Below are positions 12,786 through 26,962 of a DNA stretch of 64,000 nt, in pieces. The first letter of the stretch is position 1. Each line of letters opens with the position of its first letter. A program made the position numbers and the translations under genes. The DNA lies in assembly GCA_964016885.1 (NCBI GenBank), contig OZ024746.1:11098001-11162000 (forward strand), in the 5' to 3' direction. The DNA is from Eledone cirrhosa. Lineage: Eukaryota. The notes beneath the pieces were generated by a model that searched no databases, was not told the origin of the DNA, and saw only the letters and a list, made by a program, of their open reading frames with translations.

Positions 12786-13581
12786 TAATAATAATAGACA
12801 GAGACGGTGGGGATTTACAATAAAATCGAGTAAAAAGAATAACAATAAAACTCCCCAATACACACAATGTATGTGCTGCGTAGTCCTAAAGAAATTCTAT
12901 TTCTAATTTCCTCACAATAGCCGGCACTAGAAAACGTTTCTATTAAATGACAATAGCCACGTATCTCTCTATGTACGTAGTCGACATAGATATTATTGTC
13001 AGGAGCCTTTTTTAAACCACTAAATACTCTTTAATGTTCCATATTCACGATATTACGATATTACAATATCACTACAATGTAGTTATTTCTATATATTCTT
13101 ATTTTGCAAGGTTACTGGATCGGAAAATGTTTTCCTTCTCTTTTAGCGTTGGTTCACATATACATTGTAATGTAGTCGTAGTAAGTGACTGTGTAGTTAA
13201 GAAATTCGCTTTACAATCGAGAAGTCACATGTTCGATTCCACTATCTGAGATCTCTCATAAGTAACAGTTTCTATAGCGCCGAGAGAACCAACACCTTAT
13301 GAATAGAACTGAGTAAACGAAAACCGTGTAAAAGATTATTGGAAAGCCAATCTTATCACGTATTGTGTCTAACCTAATCTGCCTGTAAACTGCATTAAGT
13401 GTGCCGGCGTCTGTCAAATACTAAATAACTTTGTAATTCACAAGCTGGATGTTCAGGGGTCATCCTTACCGATCGGATCTGGAGCTGATCAATCGCGAAA
13501 CGTGCGTCACGTGTGAATAGACAATTATTTTATGTTCATTCTTCAGTGATGCTCCTTATTACTATTATTATTAACACTCGA

Positions 13582-13769
13582 TGGATTGGCAGTATCGGTA
13601 GAGGGTCGGTCTCCATGCTTTGATGCATAGAGTTATGGCCCTTGCCATTCTGTGTTCAAATCCCGCCGAGGTTAACTTTGCCTTTCATCCTTACAGGGTC
13701 GATAAAATAAAGTACCAGTAATGCACTGGGTAATTGCTGGCCTTGTGCCAAAAGTAGAAACAATTATTA
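13582..13769 (+). mobile_element. tRNA-derived SINE, followed by an older copy to ~13940
   Basis: Family consensus; ttattaacactc is duplicated at both ends. Confidence 0.88.
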
Positions 13770-15250
13770 ACACTCTGTTGAAGAGTGGTGGATTGGCAGG
13801 ACGTTCTGAGTTCTAATCCCACCGAATTTAACTTTGCCTTTCGTTTTTCTAGGGTTGATAAAATAAAGTACAACTCAACTACTAGGGTTGATTTGATCAA
13901 TTTTGCCCTTCTCTGAACATTTGCTCGTCTAGCGCCTAAATTCAAAATCAATTTTTGTATCATTTAAGTTGTTAACCTCAAGGTCATGACTTGTCCCAAA
14001 ATTCAAAATTTTCCATATGTTCCTTTCATAAGAGTCTTGAACAGCGTAGTAGTAGGGATAATTTCCAGGTTGTTATTGATAATGATGATGATTTCCCTGA
14101 GCTATCTGATGGCACTGACCGGTAAACAGCTGATTGATTGTCTTACAAACTGACCTGCTGACCAATTAATAAACCAACGTCCTGAACCGCTTACAGATAG
14201 ATCAGCTAGTTAACATGGATTCTTGCTAAGCTTACGGAGTAACTAAATAACATACTGCTTAGACCAGTTAGAAAATTAATTATATTACAGACAGCAGCTG
14301 AACAACTAATGGCTTAGACAGCGTACAGTCTGGCGAATTAAAGACTGGTCAACTAATAATCTGGTTCGACTGACTTGATTAATTAGGTTGACCGATGTAG
14401 AACTTGAAGCTGCATATTAAGTAATTAAAATTAATTTCACGTACCTCCGATGTACACTACACCAGTTTCTATGACATTAACGAAACAAAAAGACGAACAT
14501 TCACTGGATAGAATGACAGGTGATTTTTAGGAAATGTGGAATTGAACTTAATACTGTAAGCTAACAATATCTCGTTAATTTTACGGTCATATTGATACAT
14601 ACAGAAGCTTGTGGTACCTATTTACAACTAAGTAAACCGGGCCGTTTGAGTGTCAAATGTTTTGAGTATGGACCCGATGCTATATCAGTAATGGGATACG
14701 AACTGGTTGTGACATTGTATAATACAAAATTGGCTTCCTGTTTTCTCATAAACTAATTGCTTGAACAAATTATATGTTGTTTGTGTTGTGGTTCGGCCAC
14801 TTAAAGAACTGAACACCGGACTACAGACATTAGAATAAATTGTATTAATTGACTTCTCTCTAATAAGATAAATACCAGCTGATTCCAAATGCTGTATTAC
14901 ATCTCCTTCCAAAATTGTATTGCTTCCAAAATTAAAAGGAATCAATTGTCTCCAGGAGAAATTGTAATATCTTAGACAATGGTTTTGCAATAAACAAATT
15001 TCTGTATTTAATTTCATCTTTCTAGATTTAAAGATCAAATTTCATCTGGATCATCTTACTTCTCATCCGTCTGGTAAATACGATTATATACTAGGGATAT
15101 TTTCATCATCTGGTTGCATGGATCACCTGCCAACCTCTAAACTAACTTTATGTCAATGTACAGAAACATTTATGGTGTTTATAGAGCACCCCCTCCCCAT
15201 ACGACTACCATATACAAAGAGATAGATAGACAGACAGATAGATAGATATA

Positions 15251-15665
15251 TTTCTTTATTTGCCACAGGGGCGTACAAAAATGGGACATTACAAGACGTG
15301 ACGGCGGGGGTTTTACATAAAATCTTTAACAATGATGAATAACAATAAACTATATATAAAATAAAACAATTGAAATCCCCATTAGTGGAGGGGGGAGGGG
15401 CGTAACGCTACTGCGGGTTATTTTACACCCCGCGGATAGAACAACCATCAACACCAGGAACACGTTTTGTAGGTGTTCCTGTCTTCCCTCTGTTTATCTT
15501 CCTCAACCTACATTCACTCGGGCCATTTTCGCCATATTCACCCACCTTTTAGCGAATTTACTGGGGTGTAGCACCTCTCTCTCCCCTCTGATCTTCCTTC
15601 TGAAGTGGTACTTAAAGAAGGGGATGAGTTGTTGTCCGGAGAGAAAGGTGTTTGCCCTCAGTCCA
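15251..15665 (-). mobile_element. Shorter related Tx1/L1-like 3' fragment in (GATA/GACA)n
   Basis: GLRANTFLSGQQLIPFFKYHFRRKIRGEREVL matches the 27201-27605 ORF, with the same style of 3' end. Confidence 0.72.
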
Positions 15666-16284
15666 GATAGACAGACAGACAAATAGATAGACACACAGGC
15701 AGAGAGAGGGGAAACTAAAAGAAAGGAATAAAATGATGAAATAATATTGTGAAATACGTTAATGAGTTAATGAATGAATATATGAAGAACATAATTATAT
15801 TCCCTAGAAGAAGAAAAACAGAGAAATAAATAAATTAAATGTTCTAAGCATGCGTGGCAATAAGGACTCCCGTTCATTTTCGTAATCAGAAGTTTCCACA
15901 CGAAATGTCGGTTGGTCTCATAAATTTTTGATAACATATATACATATATGATGTATGAGCGAGGTTATCAGATATGGTACAGTGACTTAGCAGATCTTTG
16001 ACATAAATATAGAGGTGACTCACTGAAGGAGTAGGGAGCAGTAGATGTGACAGTAAGCAAATAACGGTGGGTAATTAATCAGAAAGATGTATCGAGGTTA
16101 CATGTAGTCGGTTCGCTTTTTACGTGAACTTGAAGTACGCGAATTCGCTTTAAATATTATTAAATATTCGCGCAGTGCACCGAAAGACCCTCTTACACGT
16201 TTATTCTTAGTTTATTTTGCTCTTTGAAACGTTCGTAAAACAATTAATTAAGTACTAAGCTTTGTCTTAGTTTTCAGTGTTCCA

Positions 16285-16354
<70 letters not shown>

Positions 16355-16359
<5 letters not shown>

Positions 16360-17051
16360 AATTTTAGTACAGCATTAACGAAGCTTTAGTTTGCGGCCAA
16401 GCTAACGAATGCAAATTCGGTATGTAGCTTTAGCACTCGAATGGGAATAGTACCCCAGAGTAATAACAATACGTTTAGACAGCTTAGCAAATCAAATATA
16501 GCGATCGGCAGTCCAGCCGCATTGCCATAGCAACGAGAATGGTTGGACTCAGGAAAACATTTTAGACTGACCTGGACATAGCGCGGAGATCGAATGCAAC
16601 ATACAATGCATATCGTATAGCATACGATATACATCACATACAACACACAACATCCACACTAGGTTTCTGTAAATCCAAGATCGACAAATTCCGCTTGTAG
16701 GGGTCTGCAAGTTAATGGTCTTTGACGACAGAACAAAGGATTTCCTTCTTCAACAAGTCTTGTGTTCTTTAGCCTCAGCGGGTGTGTTCTAGCAGTAAAT
16801 TTTGCTATAGACACGTGGTTTTCTCCAAGGGAGGTAACCCCCGTTTTGGCGGTGAATTCGAAATTTGAGACAAAGGAATGAAATTCCCTTAGACAAACCG
16901 AATTAAGCATTCAACCAGAAGTTATCAAACAAACATAAACAATTAATCAATCAATAGAATTGTCTAATTAAATTAATCAGTTCATCGTTAATTCTAGGAG
17001 TTAAAATACAAATTTTAGTACAGCATTAACGAAGCTTTAGTTTGCGGCCAA
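16355..17051. mobile_element. 651-bp monomer plus 46-bp terminal direct repeat in (TA)n; a partial copy lies at 7330-7599
   Basis: atacaaattttagtac...gcggccaa at 16355-16400 and 17006-17051. Segment 16577-16846 is highly similar to 7330-7599. Confidence 0.7.
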
Positions 17052-17089
<38 letters not shown>

Positions 17090-18071
17090 TTAAATATATA
17101 TATATATAAAGAGGGGGAGGATGAAGATATAGATAGATAAATAGATAGATGGATAGATAGATAAACAGACACACTAATAGAGAGATACACGTGTCTGTAT
17201 GTATGTTTATGTCAGATCACTCTTCAGCGTGACTTGTAACATGTAAACCAATACAACCTGTGCATAGTCAGGTCGTCGGTGACTAAACCAGCAACCCCAC
17301 CAAGCTTCGTGAGTAAGGAGGGTGATTTTGGACACCCTGCAGGATGAAAAACAAAACTCGTCAAAGGGCGGAGAATCTCAGGAGAGTCAACGGCCATCCA
17401 ATAATTTTTTTTTTTTTGTGGAGCGAGAGACTCCTAGTCTTCATTAAGACATCTCTCTAGAAGAAGGTCACTCTCATATAAAACCTGTGACTTCGTTTGT
17501 ATCCAATGATGTACACCAGTTCTCCTTTTGGGGCAAATGCATTTGATGTTCATAGAGTTGGATTGAGCTCGTGCAAAGCCTTTCCTCACTTAAAAAAACT
17601 TCAAGGCCAGGCATCGCTTGATATGTGATATTTTTTGTGATGCATAGTATTGCTGGCCATAGGCAAGACCCTAGCAGGACTAAAAAGCCACGTCCGTGAT
17701 GACCATGCTTAAGTATCAAGCGATGGCATTACTCGAAATCGAGTTGCAGCCATCATCATGTATGTATGTATGTGGGAATTTGTGTGCATTGGTGTGTAGA
17801 AGGATATGAAATAGGGGAAGTCTAGGAATAGGCGTCTCTAAATGAATCTTCTTACTTGCGATAGCTGTTACTTCATTCGTTAAAAATTGCTTCACGTTCA
17901 GACGACCAGCCAGTTGAAGGATAACTGACCGCATACATCTTCAGTCATCAACATATACCTATATAAGACCTTTTATATCTTCTTAAACATTTCTTTCTCT
18001 CCGTTTATTACAAAATTTTCGAAGCGTGTGAAATAAGTGACTGAGATCGTTCCGCTGTTGTTCCGGCCGAA

Positions 18072-18126
<55 letters not shown>

Positions 18127-18136
18127 ATACTTCAGA

Positions 18137-18177
<41 letters not shown>

Positions 18178-18208
18178 TAATAATAACAATAATAATAACA
18201 ATAATAAT

Positions 18209-18272
<64 letters not shown>

Positions 18273-19124
18273 TGAACCATCGATTGGGATCGATATATAT
18301 ATATCATATGTGTATGTGCATGTGTATATATAAAGACTAACGTATTCGGAAAGGAAAGGTGAAGAGATATAAGGCAACAGTCAAAACTTAATTTCCTAAT
18401 TGAGTTCTCTCGTCATGCTTCAATAATTACAACACAGAGCGTAACTTCCATAATCTGTATTATCTATCTCACTCGCATGAACTTTGTCATTTTCATATTC
18501 TCTTACGTCATGGGATGATGGTAGATCGCCAGAGAATATCATTTATATCCTCTTGTGCTCTGGGTTCAATCCTTGCCCTCTCATGTCAAACAATTTTTTT
18601 TGTCTCTAAGTGGGTCAATAAGTACCTTCTAAGTACTGATGTAAATTTATTGACTGTCCTATCACCGTTAAATGTGTAGCTTTGTCCCTGTGTTTAGAGA
18701 AGGCAATTTCACAGATGAATGCAAGAACTCTTATAGTATGTGATTATGCGTTCAATCCCATCCAAACCGACTTTGCTATTGCCTTTTTGAAGGTACGTGG
18801 CCTAGTATTTAGAATATGGGACTCACGATCTTAAATAAGATCATGGGTCTGATTTCTAAAGAGGAGACACGTCTGCCAAGAGTTGTGACCGGCAGATAGT
18901 ATTAGTAATTGAAAGATCATTGTTACCTGGGCTAGATTTAACAATCGGTTCTTTTCCTTTTTCTCCATTGCTTCTGCTTTATGTGCTTTCTGGCTTCAAC
19001 GACTTAAATACTAGTCAAATCCTAGGAGTCAATTTCATCGACAGAACATGGCCATATATTAGAAAGGAATATTTATGCAAATAAACCAGAAACCATTATT
19101 ACTCTGGTTCTGAGAGTGATAGTT

Positions 19125-19534
19125 TGGCAGAACTGGTAGTGCATCAGACAGCATGCATTGGGGCATATAGTTACAGCCCTTTGTGTTCTGTGATCAAATC
19201 CCACCAAGGTTAGCTTTACCTTTCATCTTTGCGAGATCGATAAAATAAAGCCCAGTAATGCACTGGGTCGATTTAATCGACTTTCCCTTCCCTCAAAATT
19301 GCTGGACTTGTACCTATAGTAAAAATCATTATTATTCAGGGCGGTGGATTGGCAGTTTTCGGTAGAGGGTCGGACGCCATGCTTTGACGCATAGAGTTAC
19401 GGCCCTTGCCATTCTGAGTTCAAATCCTGCCGAGGTTAACTTTGTCTGTCATCCTTACGGGGTTGATAAAATAAAGTACCAGTAATACACTGGGTAATTG
19501 CTGGCCTTGTGCCAAAAGTAGAAACAATTATTAT
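19125..19534 (+). mobile_element. Two tandem tRNA-derived SINEs, one old and one young
   Basis: Family consensus. Confidence 0.85.
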
Positions 19535-19786
19535 TCTGGTAATTAATCCTTCGCTCGGTTGGTTTAGTTATCAGATGGTTATATAATTGTCAAAACTCTT
19601 TCCTCACACATTATGTGACCTTCTCAACGACTGTTTTGGCCTATGTATCTCCTTTTCGGTTTAGTTTTGATCTAGTTACTCTATCTTGTAAGTCTGTAAT
19701 GTGTGTGTGCGGGTGTGTGTGCGGGTGTGTGTGCGGGTGTGTGTATGTGCCCGCTTCCCTCTCTCTCTCTGTGTGTGTGTGTGTTC

Positions 19787-19951
<165 letters not shown>

Positions 19952-20478
19952 AGAGAGAGTGCTGATACTTCACAAATGAAGTTTTCACATTAAATGAAGT
20001 CGGGTCGTCTTAAAGATTAATGATCTAACCTTGAATATGAAGTTGTTTTATATCTGTCAAGTATTATTCAGCTATTTATTGAGACACAATATCAAAATAT
20101 TTCTATTCTTTAATATCTAAAATAATATTTAATAATGTTTGACGTTCTGACAATACTGTTTGAAATGTCAAACAATAAAATTCAAATTAAAACTATATAC
20201 TTTGCCCTTATCATATTATTCCATGTGTCTCTTTTTTATTAATATTTTGTCCTGTATCTCACCAATGTATTTTTCTCTAAGACCGAAATATTTAACAGCA
20301 TAAACTCACCGAGTCAAATTTTGATGTAAACCGAGTTAAATTCTGATGTAGACGTTTCATACTTATTAGGGCGACAGATTCAATTGTTGAATTTGTTCAG
20401 AAGAGGTACTAAACCATCTTAGACTAATGTCTGTATAAACCTGGCGTTTATGTGACTCTGTCCACTTCAGCGCATCAG

Positions 20479-20535
<57 letters not shown>

Positions 20536-20730
20536 TCAGCGAGAATCGTATTTCGGCTGGTAGAAAAAGCGAAACGAAACGCAAAATCGTAGAAATGGTG
20601 GCAAGCGCTCCAATAGTTAAGAAAACTAGAGCTAAACAATATGGTAAAACGCCATACAAACTGAAAAAGTGGTCAAGAAGGCATTAACCACCTAAGCCAA
20701 AAAACAAATCAAGCTAAACAGGTCAAACAA

Positions 20731-20765
<35 letters not shown>

Positions 20766-20841
20766 AGAGAGAGTATTGAAGTTTGCTTGAAGCATTGTGG
20801 AATAATAATAAACAAATTTTGTTTTGTTTTTGTGTTTTTGG

Positions 20842-21187
20842 GGTCGTTTTGGAAACCTCAACAATGCAGATGAGTAAATCTCCGGGTAACAAAATCCGGT
20901 GAAGAGAGAGATGTAAGGGAATGTAGAATGAGATGTATAGTGTGTAGAGGAACGTAGGAAAGAGCGTGAAATATAATAATAATTATGCGAATCCGAAATA
21001 TAGGGACAATTAAATCTCTCCCAAGGTAACTCTATCTCATGTTATTATTTTTATTTTTTACGCTCTTTCCTACGTTCCTCTACACACTATACATCTCATT
21101 CTACATTCCCTTACATCTCTCTCTTGACCACCGGATTCTGTTACCCGGAGATTTACTCATCTGCATTGTTGAGGCTTCCAAAACGAC
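20842..21187. repeat. Long inverted repeat (~130-bp arms, ~85-bp spacer), MITE-like or Penelope-like
   Basis: gtcgttttggaaacctcaac...ggaaagagcgt is mirrored by acgctctttcc...gaggcttccaaaacgac. Confidence 0.85.
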
Positions 21188-21204
21188 ACAAATATGTATA
21201 TATA

Positions 21205-21205
<1 letters not shown>

Positions 21206-21297
<92 letters not shown>
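21206..21297. repeat. Perfect (TAG)n microsatellite
   Basis: Read directly. Confidence 0.97.
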
Positions 21298-21298
<1 letters not shown>

Positions 21299-22732
21299 TT
21301 ATTGGAGTTCTATTTGCACTCAGGCAACACAATTTGAAAACGTTTATATATATATATATATATTTATTTATTTATTTATTTATATATACAAAAGGTAAAC
21401 GGAAATAACACAGCAATACGATACAGTATCCTGTAGATGTCATATATATAAATATGTGTGTGTGTAAAAAGAGAGAGAGAGAGAAAGATAGGTGAAGGAG
21501 AACCTTTAGTAAACTCACAGTTCTTTATTTGTAAATTAAGGTTTAAAACAAAAGGAAATCCGCTAGTTCTAAATATGCTTCGTGCATCAACGCGAACCAC
21601 AAAAGTACTAAAATAAGGTATTTGATGACATCGGGAGAAAGCATCCTCTTGCTATCGGGAGTTTCATTGAATTTATCTATGTTCTCTGCATGACGGAATA
21701 GATCAATAAAAGTGCCATAATATAACACTGGAAGATAATAACCCCAGGTGAATCTCTCACAAAAGGATTTATTGCATCAATAAATTAACACAATAGTTTA
21801 TTCACAAAACATGCTGTAGAGATTTTACAGAATATCTCTAGAACAGCAGAAGAAATTAGATTTTAGGCAAACCAGAGGAGGCCCATCGATATGCGGTAGT
21901 TCAACGTGTTAGAAATAGTAGCCAAAACTCAATCAAGTTATACGTAGTTTAAAAGTTATCAAACAAACTGCAAAAATGTGAAATCATCAAATTCTTTGTC
22001 GCGGTGTCGTTGGGATTTTGTTTTGTTTTCGGGGTTTTGAGGGTTTCTTTTTAGTGGGCAGGGGTTAAACATTTAATTTTTACTTTGTTTTAGTAGACTG
22101 AGCTGTTGGAAATAGGTAGCTAATCCTCTAGTAGCAATGCATGCAGTAGATTACCGTGTTTTGCGTGGTAGGATCTACCTCTCATCTACTTCAAACTATA
22201 AAACCTATAAAACCGTTTCGTTTGAAGTTTATTCAGAAACAAACACAAGAGACTGTCGTATTCTGTGATACAGAATACGAAGCTTCAAGTTATATTTTAG
22301 AATGGATATCCAGTCATCTGTATAACATCAGTGAATGCCTTATGAAAGCCAATGCGAGACGATTATCAAAATGCATTGTCAGTTGTGGTTGTGATTAATA
22401 TTAAGAGTATGGAAGGATAGATTACATGGGTAGCAAGATACAAAGTGACCCAAAAGTTCTGTTACATGCTTTAAAGTTCTTAGTCTAACATAAAAAGTGG
22501 CAATTTTATCTTTATTTTATATTGTTTTAAAGATTTGTTTGTCTTCATTCAGGTTCTGAACTCATCTTTAAGCTAAGAGATATAGTTTTGTTCAAAATTA
22601 GAAAGGAACGTGTATGATTTGCTGTAGTTGAGTTACATCAAGCTGACAAGACGCCATCAGAAATTTTGAAACTTCTCAATTGACCGAAAACGAAGTCATT
22701 CATTTATATATCGTTGTTCGTGTCATATAAAA

Positions 22733-22897
22733 TAATTGTTTCTACTTTTGGCACAAGGCCAGTAATTACCCAGTACATTACTGGTACTTTATTTTATCGA
22801 CCTCGTAAGGATGAAAGGCAAAGTTAACCTCGGCGGGATTTGAACTCAGGTCGTAAAGGGACGTAACTATGATGGAAAGCATGTCCGACCCTCTACC
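22733..22897 (-). mobile_element. tRNA-derived SINE
   Basis: Family consensus. Confidence 0.85.
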
Positions 22898-23467
22898 GCA
22901 CTACGGCTGAGGTCTTATGCTGAGAAAGGAAACTGAAATCATGATAAATGTCCTATCATTTAGGAACATTGATCATAGAAATATATCAAGATACAATTAT
23001 ATAAAACATAGTACAATGTTTATGCTCCAGATATCATGTAGAACATTTATGATATACAGTATAGGTATTTAATAGTTCCAAAACTAACTATAATCGATCT
23101 ATCGCTTAGTAACTAGCATTGGAAGAAAGTTTGGAAATTGAATCGAGATTTGGACAAACATGGAATATCTATTTTCTGAAAACGTAATTATTGATTAAAC
23201 ATTTTTAAATGTCTGGATATGTGCTTGTATAATGATAGATGTATGCAAATACACATACACACACACACATATACAATTACATATGTGTATATATATATAT
23301 ATATTAACTATGGAGATATAAAAGATACAGAAGCGAAAACCAACCCAAACCAAACAGTGTGTTCTGTTATTATTTCTGGCAATATTATAACAATATGACC
23401 CTCCCCAAGTATAACAATATACCATCAACACTATAAACACAGAGCTGGCATATCTAAGAACTGACTA

Positions 23468-23523
23468 ACTGCCTGATGAGGTCATAGCCATTCAATGGCT
23501 ATCATCGAAATATATATAGCAGT
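23468..23523 (+). ncRNA. Type I hammerhead ribozyme (Penelope-type, palindromic stem III)
   Basis: ACTGC CTGATGA GGTCATAGCCA ttcaa TGGCTATCATC GAAA TATATA TA GCAGT, followed directly by aAATAAA. Confidence 0.85.
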
Positions 23524-23564
23524 AAATAAAGGATTATGAGTTCATGCAATTGACTTATGTTTCG

Positions 23565-23680
<116 letters not shown>

Positions 23681-23796
23681 CAAATTAAAAAGTGGAGTTA
23701 AAGATCCACAATCATCCCCCATAATTTAATGAGCTCAAGGAACAGATTCCGGGCTCTTTATAAATCAGCATATTGATAAAAGTACATATAGAGAAA

Positions 23797-23843
<47 letters not shown>

Positions 23844-24825
23844 GGTTTGAGTGTATTTTTTGTGCCAAAGAGCATTTCTGGCAAAACTACACTCGTGTCT
23901 TCATTGGCGAAGGTCTTTGACTGCATTGCATTGCTCATTGAGAGAAACAGACGATAATTTGTAAAGGCGATGTCGAATACGGCAGGTGGGCAGATCCTCC
24001 CAGCCTATCTTCTCATGAGTCATCCTTGATGTATACGACCAAGCGTTATCATGAAGGAATTGGACAGAATCATGGTGTGGAAAACACCAGTGTGATTTTC
24101 GCAGCTAATTTGTCAATCTGTTAACAATAGGCGTCAGAGATTTGCTGGTGTTCGATGGGAATAAACGATTTGGATAGACCCATGTTGATTCCCCTTTGAC
24201 AGCGTAACGTTTTGAAAACTATAAAATCAAGAGTTAGTAGAAGAACCTCTATGAGGTTGTTTGAACTTCTAAAAACAGCAACCAAATGCACTTGAATAAT
24301 ACCCAACCGGCTTAAATATAGAATCTAAGACTGCATTAGATAAATGTATTAATTTCCGATATTAGATACTGACATGGTTGATTGACTAAGGCTCCGGATT
24401 TAATCCAGTTGTGTTGTTAGTCTGTAGAAACATGTAGAATGGATGGATTGTATTTTTAATTGAAATAGCTAGTTAGTTAGACACTGTGTCTCGCTGATTC
24501 TGCTGTGGAATACTCAGCCATATACACTCTAATGCAATGAGTTGGTCAAATAACTTGAATACTCACTGTTTAAACCGACGAAGATTCATTTTATAATAAA
24601 TGATTCAAGGAAAAAAGAAGGGATGGTCATTGTTGAAATACTGTTTTGATCATAGATGTGCTCAATTTGTGCCGACCTAGGGTTAAACGTCAACAACAAC
24701 AACAACAACAGCAAAACCAAACTTCTTCAGAAGATAATTAAAGGCAAATGTTATTGAATCAACTAAAATACATATAGCAAATGATTTCAGGCACAAGAGT
24801 AATTGAATCAAGCTGGATATCATTC

Positions 24826-26445
24826 CAATCAGGCCACACCCAGACTACTATCCACCCACCACTAGGCTGCCAATCAGGCCACACCCAGACTACTATCCAC
24901 CCACCACTAGGCCGCCAATCAAGCCACACCCAGACTACTATCCACCCACCACTAGGCCGCCAATCAGGCCACACCCAGACTACTATCCACCCACCACTAG
25001 GCCGACAATCAGGCCACACCTAGACTACTATCCACCCACCACTAGGCCGACAATCAAGCCACACCCAGACTACTATCCACCCACCACTAGGCCGCCAATC
25101 AAGCCACACCCAGACTACTATCCACCCACCACTAGGCCGCCAATCAGGCCACACCTAGACTACTATCCACCCACCACTAGGCCGCCAATCAGGCCACACC
25201 CAGACTACTATCCACCCACCACTAGGCCGCCAATCAGGCCACACCTAGACTACTATCCACCCACCACTAGGCCGCCAATCAGGCCACACCTAGACTACTA
25301 TCCACCCACCACTAGGCCGCCAATCAAGCCACACCTAGACTACTATCCACCCACCACTAGGCCGCCAATCAGGCCACACCTAGACTACTATCCAACCACC
25401 ACTAGGCCGCCAATCAAGCCACACCCAGACTACTATCCAACCACCACTAGGCCGCCAATCAGGCCACACCCAGACTACTATCCACCCACCACTAGGCCGC
25501 CAATCAAGCCACACCCAGACTACTATCCAACCACCACTAGGCCGCCAATCAGGCCACACCCAGACTACTATCCACCCACCACTAGGCCGCCAATCAGGCC
25601 ACACCTAGACTACTATCCAACCACCACTAGGCCGCCAATCAGGCCACACCTAGACTACTATCCACCCACCACTAGGCCGCCAATCAGGCCACACCTAGAC
25701 TACTATCCACCCACCACTAGGCCGCCAATCAGGCCACACCCAGACTACTATCCACCCACCACTAGGCCGCCAATCAAGCCACACCCAGACTACTATCCAC
25801 CCACCACTAGGCCGCCAATCAGGCCACACCTAGACTACTATCCAACCACCACTAGGCCGCCAATCAGGCCACACCTAGACTACTATCCACCCACCACTAG
25901 GCCGCCAATCAGGCCACACCTAGACTACTATCCACCCACCACTAGGCCGCCAATCAAGCCACACCCAGACTACTATCCACCCACCACTAGGCCGCCAATC
26001 AAGCCACACCCAGACTACTATCCACCCACCACTAGGCCGCCAATCAGGCCACACCCAGACTACTATCCACCCACCACTAGGCCGCCAATCAGGCCACACC
26101 CAGACTACTATCCACCCACCACTAGGCCGCCAATCAGGCCACACCCAGACTACTATCCACCCACCACTAGGCCGCCAATCAGGCCACACCCAGACTACTA
26201 TCCACCCACCACTAGGCCGCCAATCAGGCCACACCCAGACTACTATCCACCCACCACTAGGCCGCCAATCAAGCCACACCCAGACTACTATCCACCCACC
26301 ACTAGGCCGCCAATCAGGCCACACCCAGACTACTATCCACCCACCACTAGGCCGCCAATCAAGCCACACCCAGACTACTATCCACCCACCACTAGGCCGC
26401 CAATCAGGCCACACCCAGACTACTATCCACCCACCACTAGGCCGC
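24826..26445. repeat. 45-bp minisatellite, 36 copies
   Basis: Unit caatcaggccacacccagactactatccacccaccactaggccgc with a few recurrent variant sites. Confidence 0.97.
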
Positions 26446-26895
26446 TATTATAGAACTTTCATTGCTAAAACGTCTGTCTTTTGTTTACATAAGCGTTGAC
26501 GTCTTTGATGGTGTGTAAAGCTGGTTCCTGGGTATTAATGAGTATGACCAGGGAAGTGTATACATTAGTCGATTGATAGAAACTAATTTATTGAGATTTC
26601 TACGGTGACATTTTCACCTTGTTAAATAGCTAACGCTCGCTTCTGTGTAATCATGGAGCTGGCTTTATTTAGATCAGTTCGACCCGAAGATCAGAGAGTC
26701 AATTAACAACGCCACTTTTATATACAAATAGTTATACGTCTCTATATGTGATTGTGTATGTTGTTTCTCTGTGTGCTTATTCATATGTGTGAACGCACGC
26801 GTGGCAATGTACGTATGCGTGTGTAAAGTAGAGAGGGAGAGAAACAGACAGACTGAGAGAGAGAGGGGGACAGACAGACAGATAGGCAGACAGAC

Positions 26896-26947
<52 letters not shown>

Positions 26948-26962
26948 GGATAGATAGATAGA

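Noticed and set aside
14685-15038. 117-aa minus-strand ORF
   Set aside because: No recognisable motif or supporting splice structure.
22430-22730. SDPKVLLHALK as a candidate caveolin first exon
   Set aside because: No in-phase GT donor, and adjacent sequence looks like a decayed Tc1/mariner N-terminus.
24826-26445. CRISPR-like regular array (also 49470-49843 and 29731-30010)
   Set aside because: Units are directly adjacent with no unique spacers, the context is eukaryotic and there are no cas genes.
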